Below the pieces are notes generated by a model, which made no database searches, was not told the origin of the DNA, and saw nothing but the letters and a program-made list of their open reading frames with translations. This document shows positions 1-9,600 of a stretch of 64,000 nt of DNA, in pieces. Origin of the DNA: an uncultured delta proteobacterium (GTDB taxonomy: Bacteria; Desulfobacterota; Zymogenia; Zymogenales; Zymogenaceae); the NCBI GenBank assembly GCA_963735595.1, contig CAVTLK010000002.1:160001-224000 (forward strand), read 5' to 3'. Both the position numbers and the translations under genes were made by a program. Positions within the stretch are counted from its first letter, which is position 1; every line of letters starts with the position of its first letter.

Positions 1-385
1 GCTCGCCGGTGATACGAAAGAGGTCGGAAGACGGGATGTAGTCGTCAATCCGGTCGGCAATATCGACCGTGCGGGGGCACTGCCAGGAAATGACGGGATA
101 GAGCAGTTTACCGTTTCTGTCCACGGGGGCGCCGTCGTCCGAAAAAGCGGTGACGACGACCGCCCGTACCGCGTCTTTTCCCACTGCGGCCGCCGTCTTC
201 CTTCCGCACGTGATCAGCTTTCTCCAGACGGTATCGATGTCCCAGATGAGCCAGTCCTTGCCCGGCTCCTGGCGCACCGGCGCGTTGGGGAGCGCCTCCC
301 GGTGTACGATATCGCCCTGTTGGCTAACCGCGATCGCACGGATGTTTGTGGCGCCGCAGTCAAAAACGAGCATGAGCTGCTTCAT
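1..385 (-). CDS. fucK: L-fuculokinase-like FGGY carbohydrate kinase, N-terminal part (runs off window)
   Basis: Not in ORF track; manual translation gives MKQLMLVFDCGATNIRAIAVSQQG...DGAPVDRNGKLLYPVISWQCPRT, closely matching the FucK motifs DCGATNVRAIAV and LLYPIISWKCPRT. A GAGAGGAG RBS lies upstream. Confidence 0.8.
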   Translation of the reverse strand, partial: MKQLMLVFDCGATNIRAIAVSQQGDIVHREALPNAPVRQEPGKDWLIWDIDTVWRKLITCGRKTAAAVGKDAVRAVVVTAFSDDGAPVDRNGKLLYPVISWQCPRTVDIADRIDDYIPSSDLFRITGE

Positions 386-620
386 GAACGGCCTTTACTC
401 CTCTCGAAGAAATAATACGTCACTACGGTGGAATTATCCATATAAAAAGGAGAGAGATCCGGTATAGTCTGCCGGGGAGTCCGCGTTTTCTTGCACCTGG
501 CAGCTCTTTCTCCCACACGCCGTTCTCAAGGGCCGGTTGCGCCGCCGGGGCCGTGCATCCGGGACATACGCCCCCTGTTGACGAGAATCCTTCGGAATTG
601 CAGGAGAACCAAGAAAATAC

Positions 621-649
621 TTGACTCGTCGAATGTACAAATATATAGT
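621..649 (+). promoter_or_regulatory. sigma70-like promoter
   Basis: TTGACT-17 nt-TATAGT in an AT-rich patch. Confidence 0.5.
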
Positions 650-861
650 ACAAACGCATTGCAAGGGTAATATTAATTAACATTAAGATGCTCTAACGTA
701 ATAATGTATTTATGGTGACGGTTCTTCGGGACGTTCCGGGAGATGAGTAGCTGAGCTCGACGTCGGTTTGACATTCCCCGTCTTTTTTCCCGTAAGACGG
801 CCGGTTTCTCCGGGAGGAAGCCCCCTTCCTTTATCCCTGAGTCCTCTGACGTTGTCGGTGC

Positions 862-896
862 GATAGGCGATAGGTAATAGGCAATAGGCGGTAAGC
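862..896. repeat. short heptamer tandem repeat (RATAGGY x4 plus a degenerate fifth unit)
   Basis: gataggc gataggt aataggc aataggc ggtaagc. Confidence 0.75.
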
Positions 897-1017
897 CGTG
901 GGCCGCAGGGCAACGCCACATTTCGGGAAGGTCCCCTCATGTTCAGTCCACGTCGGGTGGAACGCTATTTCGCCGCGGCTTATGATTCCCGTGATGACGG
1001 AAACGACTAACAACGAC

Positions 1018-1035
1018 TGAAACGATAATGTTTCA
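1018..1035. promoter_or_regulatory. palindromic candidate activator/operator site
   Basis: TGAAAC-gataat-GTTTCA, preceded by AACGAC direct repeats (1002-1017), ~105 bp upstream of the putative sigma54 site. Confidence 0.35.
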
Positions 1036-1139
1036 TTTGTGTAACGTGGGCCGAAGACCACCAGAGGTTACCGCGAACTAAGGCGGCGTAATATATTGCT
1101 ATCACTGGAAATTTTGGGAGCGCCGTTTAGGGCGGGATT

Positions 1140-1155
1140 TGGAATAGTTTTTGCA
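1140..1155 (+). promoter_or_regulatory. putative sigma54 (-24/-12) promoter of the surface-protein operon
   Basis: TGGAAT-AGTTT-TTGCA with exact GG-N10-GC spacing, 85 nt upstream of the 1240 start. Confidence 0.55.
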
Positions 1156-1239
1156 TTTAATATAAAAGTTTAACGTTCTCATGCAACATGACCACAGCGT
1201 ACAGTACGCGTTATCTGACTGCGGGAGGTATGCACGATA

Positions 1240-3675
1240 GTGAAAAGAATCAGGATTACCGGACGAATCTCGAAGGTGCTCTTATTCTGCGTTCTGCTGT
1301 TTTTACTGCCCGTATTGACATACGCGGTCAGGATCGAGGATGAGGATACCGGGACCGACGTCCTCCTTATGGGGCTGGGAATTCTCAGGGTCAACTACAC
1401 ATCGGTGGAGGGCAACCCCATCATCTTTGAGGACAGCGACCGTGGGCTTCCCGAGTTCTTCTCCAATTCTTCCAGGGCGGATCTTCTGGTCGACGGAACC
1501 GTATATCATAATTACCAGGTGGAAGGCTACCTTCATTACAGAGACATTACCTATAACCTCGAGCCGAACCTTTCGGTGTACCTGAAGATCAAAAGAGATC
1601 TCAATTACCTATCCGTCGGTGATCACCAGGAAGGCGTATTTACCGATACCCTCTTTACCCGTTTCGAACCGGAATTCCGGGGCGCATTGCTCCATATCGA
1701 AGACAAGAACTATGGGCTGGAGGTCTTTGGCGGGGCGGTGCGCGGTAACCAGACCGAAGACGAGATCGATGCCGACGGCAACTCGGGGCCGTATTATACG
1801 TCGTTCTCCCCCGTGATGGCGGCCACCGAATCGGTCTTCATTCGTGTCCGCGATAAGAATAACCCCGCTCTCATACTTAAGAACGATAAGCAGCAGCGGG
1901 GAATCGACTATACTATCGATTATGATACCGGGAAAATAGTATTCACCTACCCGGTGGACTCCACGGACTTCTCCGGAAACCCGATTTCGATCGTGGTCAC
2001 CTATCAGTATGATGATCCCGAAGGCGCCTACAGCCGGTACGTGGCGGGGGGGCGCGTATGGTTCCTGCCCCACGAATATATAAAGATGGGGATGACCTAC
2101 CTCACCAACGGCCCCGTTGACGATACGCTCAATGAAAGCTTCGAAAACCGAATCCAGATCTACGGCACGGATCTAACCATCGATAATAAGAACTCCTTCT
2201 ACCTCGGCGCCGAATTCGCGGCAAGCGACATACCGAACGGCGGCTCGCCGACGGATTTAGCCTACCGGGGGAATTTTACGTGGAGGCCGAGCGCGGATCT
2301 CCGCTTCTGGGGCGGCTACTATCGCGTGGATAAGGATTTTCCGACGTTTGGCTCCACGAGCTTTGATATCGAAAAGATCGTCAAGGAAATTCGATACGAT
2401 GTTCCCTTCGATTTCAGGTCGGGGACCGATATCTATGATCTGAACCCTGACGTTGACGTCGGCCTGGGGACGGATGAGGAATCCTGGGGACTGGCCGGGG
2501 AATACCTGTTTGCACCTAACCACACGCTGACCGCCGGCTATCGCGAGATCAGGGATAATATCCCTTACGACGGGGACCTTCCCCGCACGACGTCCCGCGA
2601 CGTCTACGCGTCTTACCGGTATAATCCGGTGGACCGATTCAACTATTTCGTGGGCGCGCAGTGGATCAAGAGCTTTGACGACCAGAGCCCCCGGCTCGCC
2701 GATACCGAAACCTACCGCCTCATAATGGGGATGAAAGGCCCCCTTGGAAGCTCGCGGATCACCGGCCCGGCCAAGATCGAGGCGGCTTACGTGTATGACG
2801 ATTTCAGGGATCTTGTTGACCATACCGAGAACGAGGCAACCCATTACCTGCTGGCCCGCGTGGACTTCATGCCGGTTCCCGATCTGACGTTTTTCATCGA
2901 GCAGAACGAAATGCTGGTCGCGGGACGGGGAGAGGACGGCGTCGTGCTCAGGGGCGACGCGACCTGGCTTGGGGTAGACTACCGCCGCAAGAGATTACGG
3001 GCCGAGGCGTACTATAAATTCCTGCAGGAGTACGATTATACGTTGGGGCGGGAGGTTACCCGGGAGCACCTGGCTTCTGCGATCGTTACCTACAAGCCGA
3101 CCGATACGGTGGGCGTACGCCTAAAGCTCGAGGTCGGGTTCAACACCGATGCATCGACCCTTCCCGAAACCACGAGCACCGATTACATCGCCGAGGCCGA
3201 GATCGTCTGGGATATCAGGCCGGACCTGGTCCTTTCCGTATCATACGCGCTGGACACCTCCGCCGATGAAACCGGCGGCGCCGGCGACGAGGCTCTGGAA
3301 GACGAGGCGGTGGTCATGATCGAGTACTCTCCCGATCCGGGCGATCTATCCCTCTACGGCGAGTACCGGTTCGAGCGAAGCTACCTGAAGACCGATCCGC
3401 TGTCCGCCGAGGAAACCAGGACCAACACCTACATTATCGGGGGGCGGTATCAATTCCTCCCCAAGTGGGAAGTCGTCGGCGGATTCAAATACGCCGGGAC
3501 AAACGGCGCCCTCGAGAGCCATAAAATGGATACGTTCGTTGAGGTCGGGTACGATCTCTTCGACTGGCTGAAGATGTCTCTCGGATACGAATACCAGGAA
3601 ATGACCGACCGCGAGGCGCCCGATACCGATTACACCGCCAATATCGGCTACCTGAAAGCAACGGGTAAGTTTTAA
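1240..3675 (+). CDS. outer-membrane beta-barrel protein of the DUF11-operon type (putative translocon/anchor)
   Basis: Sec signal (KVLLFCVLLFLLPVLTYA), many amphipathic beta-strands, C-terminal BAM-type signal (IGYLKATGKF), and an inserted domain GNSGPYY...ESVFIRVRDK...RGIDYTIDYDTGKIVF...NPISIVVTYQY. Confidence 0.8.
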   Translation: MKRIRITGRISKVLLFCVLLFLLPVLTYAVRIEDEDTGTDVLLMGLGILRVNYTSVEGNPIIFEDSDRGLPEFFSNSSRADLLVDGTVYHNYQVEGYLHYRDITYNLEPNLSVYLKIKRDLNYLSVGDHQEGVFTDTLFTRFEPEFRGALLHIEDKNYGLEVFGGAVRGNQTEDEIDADGNSGPYYTSFSPVMAATESVFIRVRDKNNPALILKNDKQQRGIDYTIDYDTGKIVFTYPVDSTDFSGNPISIVVTYQYDDPEGAYSRYVAGGRVWFLPHEYIKMGMTYLTNGPVDDTLNESFENRIQIYGTDLTIDNKNSFYLGAEFAASDIPNGGSPTDLAYRGNFTWRPSADLRFWGGYYRVDKDFPTFGSTSFDIEKIVKEIRYDVPFDFRSGTDIYDLNPDVDVGLGTDEESWGLAGEYLFAPNHTLTAGYREIRDNIPYDGDLPRTTSRDVYASYRYNPVDRFNYFVGAQWIKSFDDQSPRLADTETYRLIMGMKGPLGSSRITGPAKIEAAYVYDDFRDLVDHTENEATHYLLARVDFMPVPDLTFFIEQNEMLVAGRGEDGVVLRGDATWLGVDYRRKRLRAEAYYKFLQEYDYTLGREVTREHLASAIVTYKPTDTVGVRLKLEVGFNTDASTLPETTSTDYIAEAEIVWDIRPDLVLSVSYALDTSADETGGAGDEALEDEAVVMIEYSPDPGDLSLYGEYRFERSYLKTDPLSAEETRTNTYIIGGRYQFLPKWEVVGGFKYAGTNGALESHKMDTFVEVGYDLFDWLKMSLGYEYQEMTDREAPDTDYTANIGYLKATGKF

Positions 3676-3696
3676 ACACCAAATGGGTTTTGATAT

Positions 3697-6623
3697 ATGA
3701 AATCACTCAATACCATCCACCATTGGCGTCGTTCTTCTCGCCGTTGGATTGATGCTCTTTCCCGTACGCCGCTCGTCTCGCACGCCGGGACAACGGCGGG
3801 GCTCGTCGGACAATGCGGTATCACGACGGTGTGCGCTGTCAGACCAAAGTTTCGATCTGTCGGCCGACCCGGCCGCAACGCGACCATCGAAGCAGGCAGA
3901 TCCGAGCCATCACCTTTTTTCACCGTTGATGTCGAAGGGACAGCCACTTCTACGGCTCGGTTATGCTCTCGGTGTCCGGACTGCCTTCCCAGTGACGGCG
4001 ACCTTCGACGATAACCCACTAGGGGGCGACGACAACGAGCCTAATTACGTCGGGTGGACACGACGACGGGTGCGGCTGCAGCAATTATGAGACGAAGCTG
4101 CGTATCGACCTCCACCGGCGACGCGTGCCCGGGGACCTATACGCTGACGATAAGCGGAACGAACGAGGAAATCGGTACGAGACGGACGACCGTCACCCTG
4201 GTGGTGGATAGGGAGCGGGGGAGGGGACTTTCACCTCTCGGCGTCCCCGTCTCTGATGGAAGTTCGGCGGGAGAGACCGCCGAGTATACGGTTACCGGGG
4301 TCTTTTCCGGATGCGACCGCTCCGTCGGCGGACTTGTCGGCAGAGGGGCTCCCGTCGGAGGCGTCCGCGTCGTTTGACCCCCAAACGATTAGCAGGGAGG
4401 CTGATTCGTCCGCGCTTACCATCCGGACCGGCTTAGCGACGCCTGCCGGGACGTATACCGTTACCATCGTCGGTCTGAGCGGGGATCTGCGACGGACGAC
4501 GACGGTAATCCTGAAGGTCACCAAGCCGCAGAACTTTGCACTCTTGGCTAAGCCGACCAAGCTGGAAATCAAGTGGAGATAAGGCCGATTTTGCGGTTAT
4601 CGGTGAATTTACCGAAGGTTTACGGGCGAGGTGAAACTCTCTCTTAAAGATACACCGTCCGGCCCGTCGGATCGCTTCAGCCGGAATCGATATCTCCCAA
4701 GGTCATCGACTCCGTCCTGACGATTACCACCACGCGGATACCGAACCCGGCACGTACGAGATCACCAAAAAGGATCAGCGATCGCAGGGCGACCGGACGA
4801 CACGGTGACGCTCACCGTCACGGAGGGGGAGGGAATTTTACGCTCTCGTCCGACCCGACGTCGCGGAGATTGAGGCAGGCGACATTGCCGACTATACGAT
4901 TACCGGTACGTTCGACGGGTGTTTCGGCGGGCCGGTCGAGCTGGTGGTTGACCGGGAGAAGTTAACACTCCCGGACGGCGCCACGTGGTTCTTCCAGCCC
5001 GATGCGTCCATAGACAAGACCGATCCCTCGGCTGTCCTGAAGATAGTGACCGACAAGAAGACACCCGCAGGCACCTACCCGATCCGTATCGTCGACGCCG
5101 AGACCGGGAAAAAGGAGATCTGGGTTGACCTCGTCGTAAAGGAAGTTATTCAGGACTTCTCGCTTTCGGCAAATCCGACCTCCCGTGGTATCGAACCGGG
5201 AGAGACCGCCACGTACACGATCACGGTCAACGAGGGCGGGTCGCTGCCTCCCTATGAGGTGAGCTTCCCCGAGCCCTCGGTCACCGACGGGCTGACGGCG
5301 ACGATAGACCCGATGTCGCTGCCCCCGACCTCGAACACCAACTCGGTAACCCTCACCGTCCAGACGGACGCGACCGTCGAGGAAGGGATATACTCCATCA
5401 CCGTGGAAGCAAGCGGGGGCGGGCATACGGCAAACGTCACCGTGACCCTCGCGATAAATGAGCCGCCCGTTATCGAATCCGCGGGCCTCTCCGTGGATAA
5501 ATCGGTTAGCCCGTCGTCGGCCAAGGTAGGCGGGATGCTGCTCTATACGGTAGAGATCAGAAACACCGGCCGCGGTGTGCTCAAAGAAATCGTCGTTCGG
5601 GACCACATGCCGGCCGGCGTCGGTTACGTGAAGGGAAGCACCACCATTGACGGGAGAAAGGCCACCGAGCCTTCCGGGACAACGACGCTCATCTGGGAAA
5701 TCGACGAGATCGACGGGGGGGACAGCGTAACCCTGAAGTATCACGGGGTGGTCAAGCCCAATATATCCCGGGGAAAAAGCACCAACACGGTCACGATAAG
5801 CGGAACGGACGCGACCGGCAGGACGCTCACCGCCAGGGCGAGCGCCGATCTTGGCGTCTCGTCGGAGACGCTGGATAGAAAAGGAAAGATAAAGGGGAAG
5901 GTCTTCATCGACGAGAACGGCAACGGCCTGAAGAACGTCGACGAGGAAGGGATCGCCGGCGTCTGGATCATCATGGAATCGGGAGAGCGCACCAGCACCG
6001 ACGAAGAGGGCATGTTCCAGTTCGACGAGGTAGACTCCGGCCAGCACCTGGTCGCCGTTGACGTGCGCAAGCTCTCCAAGAAGTACTTCGTCGTCGGAGA
6101 CTCCTCCAAGATCGTCTCGCTCTTTTCCGGCGGTACCGGGAGGACCTATTTCGGCCTCGGACGGACCGGCCCCACGAAAGAGGAGCTGGAGGCGCTGAAA
6201 AAGACCGAGGAGGAGAAGTTAAAGAAGGAGGAAGAGGCCCGCAAGGAGGAGGAAAAGAAGAAGGCAGAGGAGGAAAAGGAGAGAAACGCCCCGAAGGGGA
6301 CCCTCTTCGGCAATGTCTTCGTAGACGCCAACGACAATAATATATGCAACCCCGGGGAAAAGCGCCTCGAAAAGGTGACGGTGCTTCTGGACTCCGGGAA
6401 GAGGTCGGTGACCGACAATGTGGGCAATTACCGCTTCGACAAGGTAAAGGAAGGGCGGCATACCCTCTCCATCCGGGAGGATCAGGAGTTCAAGAAGAGT
6501 TACCGGCTGTCAAAGAAAGAAAAGATCACCGTGAACGTGAAGGCTTCCACGAACAACAGGAAGGATATTCCGGTGTTGGACAAGAGTAAGCTGAAAATCA
6601 ATATCGAGTTAACCGTACGATAA
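3697..6623 (+). CDS. secreted protein: signal peptide, 5 Ig-like repeats, DUF11, SdrD-B-like, charged helix, SdrD-B-like (rejoined across many frameshifts in 3720-4940)
   Basis: Hydrophobic leader (TIGVVLLAVGLMLFP) lies in an alternate frame. Repeat starts F.LSA.P occur at ~3850, 4226, 4531, 4833 and 5154, each ending PGTYTxTI...TTVTLxV. DUF11 motif LSVDKS...DHMPAGVGYVKGST. Two GKVFxDxNxN SdrD-B motifs are separated by an EEEKK-rich linker. Confidence 0.7.
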
Positions 6624-6642
6624 AGCCCGTTGAGGATATTTA

Positions 6643-9600
6643 ATGGATACGATTAGATTCAAACCGGTCACCATGCTTCGGATAACGGGGATACTCCTCG
6701 TGCTCCTGCTCGGGGTCTTCTCCCTGGCGCAGGATATCGGCCTGACGGGCCCGTCGGGGCTGGAGGTCAGCGTCTGCGGCGACGGCCAATTCACTATCAC
6801 GGTTGAAAACGGCGATACCGACATTTCGAATCTGGACATCTACGCGGCCGTTGTGACGGGCGGCGGCAGCGTCATACCCACCAGCGATTTTACGCTGGTA
6901 TATGAATCCGGCACGCCTAATCCCGCGCCCGACTCCCATACGCTCACCCCGGCGACGGTGACATGGTCGGATCGGACCCTTGCCGCGGATGCGACCTGGA
7001 CCGGGAGCCTTACCGTCAGCCCGCACTGCGACGCGTTCTCCAACCGGGAGCTGGTCGTCATGGTCAGCTACGACTACTTCGACGGTGTGGACGTAGTGCA
7101 CGTCGTGGAGACCCCGGTTTACTCGGGCTCCCTGCAGGTGCTCATGCCCAACCTGGTCGTTGAGCTTGACCCCGAGGTCCTCTACGGCATCGCCCCGGGC
7201 GAGACCGCCAGCTGGCCGGTGTACGTATCCAACACCGGCGACGGTGTCCTTTCCGACGGAACGCTGACGGCCGTGCTCGCCCCCGGCGGGGGGTTAGATA
7301 ACCTTACCTTCACCCCGCCCAGCGGCAGCCCGGCGCCGTTGGCGGCGCCCATACCGATGCCTGATCTTATTGCGGGAGCGCCCAGGACGTTCCTGGGCAC
7401 GGTGTCTGCCGATCTCACGGTGGGCACCGCCACCTCCTGCCGGGACATCTACGTTACCTTTACCGGCAACTTCGGGTGCGAGAGCCTCAACTGCCAGCCG
7501 GACGTCGTAGTCACCGGCAGCGTCAACCTGGAATACCGGACGCCCAACCTGACCTATTCCTTCAGCCCGGACCCCATATCTACAATACCCTACTGCGGCA
7601 GCACCAGCGTTACCGTCACCATCGAAAACCCCGGGGCAACCGCGGGCAACATCGTCGGCCTGCAAATGACGGTGGACGCCTTCGGCATGGAATACACCGT
7701 CACGGGTGACACCTCCTCCGAGGTCGACGTGCTGGTCGATACCGGCTCGAACATTTTCAGGTTCGTCGATGCCGCCAACCATAGTCTGCCGGCGGTCATC
7801 GGCCCGGACGACGAGTTCGATTTCACCTTCGATGTCTCGCGCGACGGGTGCGCCACGCTGGACTGCCGGTCATTAATATTCATACCGCAATTCTATGACG
7901 ACTGCGGCGACGTGTTCGAGCCGCCAATCCAGGAACTGCAGATCTCGGCCTACCCGCCGGCCACGTCGGACTATGACCTCACCGTAACACCGGACGCGGG
8001 CAATCCGGCCATCCCGGACGAGGGGGCCACACTCGGCTACACGGTCACGGCGGTCTATAACGCCGAGTCCGGCGAGACGGACGCGACGGCCGACATCGTC
8101 GTAACCTACCCCGCGACCTTTTCGATCGCGGCCGGCACGGACACCGGCTACACGGTCACGGGCGCAAACGAGATAACGTGGGAAGACGAGGACTTCAGCC
8201 CGACGGGCTGGTCGGTTGCCAAGCGGCTGGTACTAACGGCGCATTACGCCGGCACCAGCTGCAACAGCGATTTCACGCTCCACTTCGCCGTGGAGCCGAC
8301 CTCCGGCATGTGCGAGGGAGAGTGCCCGCCCGAGGGGGCCACCGCCAACCTGGGCCTGCTGAGCGATACGATGCTGGTTGTCATCAAGACCGCCGCGGGC
8401 GGGGGCGACGGCATTATATATGTCGGCGAACCTCTGGATTTCACCATCAACGTCTACTATTACGGGCCGCGGCTTTTGATCGGCGGCAGCCTCGTTACGC
8501 CGCCCGCTTTCGTTACAGATACGCTGCCGGCCGGCTTCTGGCTCGAAGAAAGCCTCCCGCCTGACCCGCCTGACCCCGTGGTGAGCCCGGACCCGGTCGA
8601 CACTACCGCCAATCCGCTAACCTGGTGCCTGGACGCGGGCGATCTATCGCAGACCGGTCCGGTCACGTTCACCTACTCGCTGGAGCCGATCCCGTTGGGC
8701 TACCCGGGCTACGATCTCTGCCTCTGCGGTCATACGATCACCAACACCGCGACGGCAACGCTCAATACCACCGGGGCGGCGCCCTGCGCCGTGCCCAATA
8801 CCTCCCCGTTTGGCTGCAGCGACGAGGCGGTGTTGAGCTTCGCCTATAACTGCGATTACGGCACTCCGGCCACGGGCTTTGAGGTCGAGAAGACGGCCGC
8901 GCCGGCCTCCGCGGAGCGGTGCGACTACGAAAACGGGATCACGTTCACGAACACAATCACCTTCAATCAGGCCTACTCGAGCTGGAACGACATCACGTTC
9001 ACTGATAACGGCAACGTCATCGGCATGGCCTTTAGTGAAGCGATACCCCTGAGCGGCACAGCCAATTTCTCCATCACCGCCGGGCCTTCGGCCGGTGCGG
9101 ACGAGGATTACCTAATAACCCTCGGGAACCCAGTAGTGTTGGGTTCAAGCGGCGTTGGACTGACCGGCGGACCCCAGGCCGGCGACGTCCTGGAGATCAC
9201 CTATACCCTCTACTTCTCGAGCGCCGCTAATACTACGGGGACCACCGTCGTCAACTGGTCCGATTATACCGTTGCCACGGTTCCCACGGTGTGTGACGAC
9301 GGCACCAACGAGTTTCACGCCGGGGCGTGGGTGACGCCGATAAACCCGGCCCCCACGGTGACTATCTCTGACTACTGCCACTACGACGACGAGGGACACT
9401 GCACGTTCGTCGTCAACCGGTGCGACAGTTCGACCTTCAGGCTCTATCTCACCAGCACCAGGGTCGAGCGCGACGTTATCGTCCGGATTGAGCTGCTGGA
9501 CAACTACACCTTTGACAGCGCCGTACCAACGTCCTTCGTCAATATAAACAGGCCGGACGGAAGCCCGGTTGCCGCCTTTGCACCCGACACCTCCACGCCG

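Noticed and set aside
150..1061. Short ORFs listed in the first kb
   Set aside because: 150-467 is antisense to fucK; the others lack RBS or motifs and overlap promoter elements.
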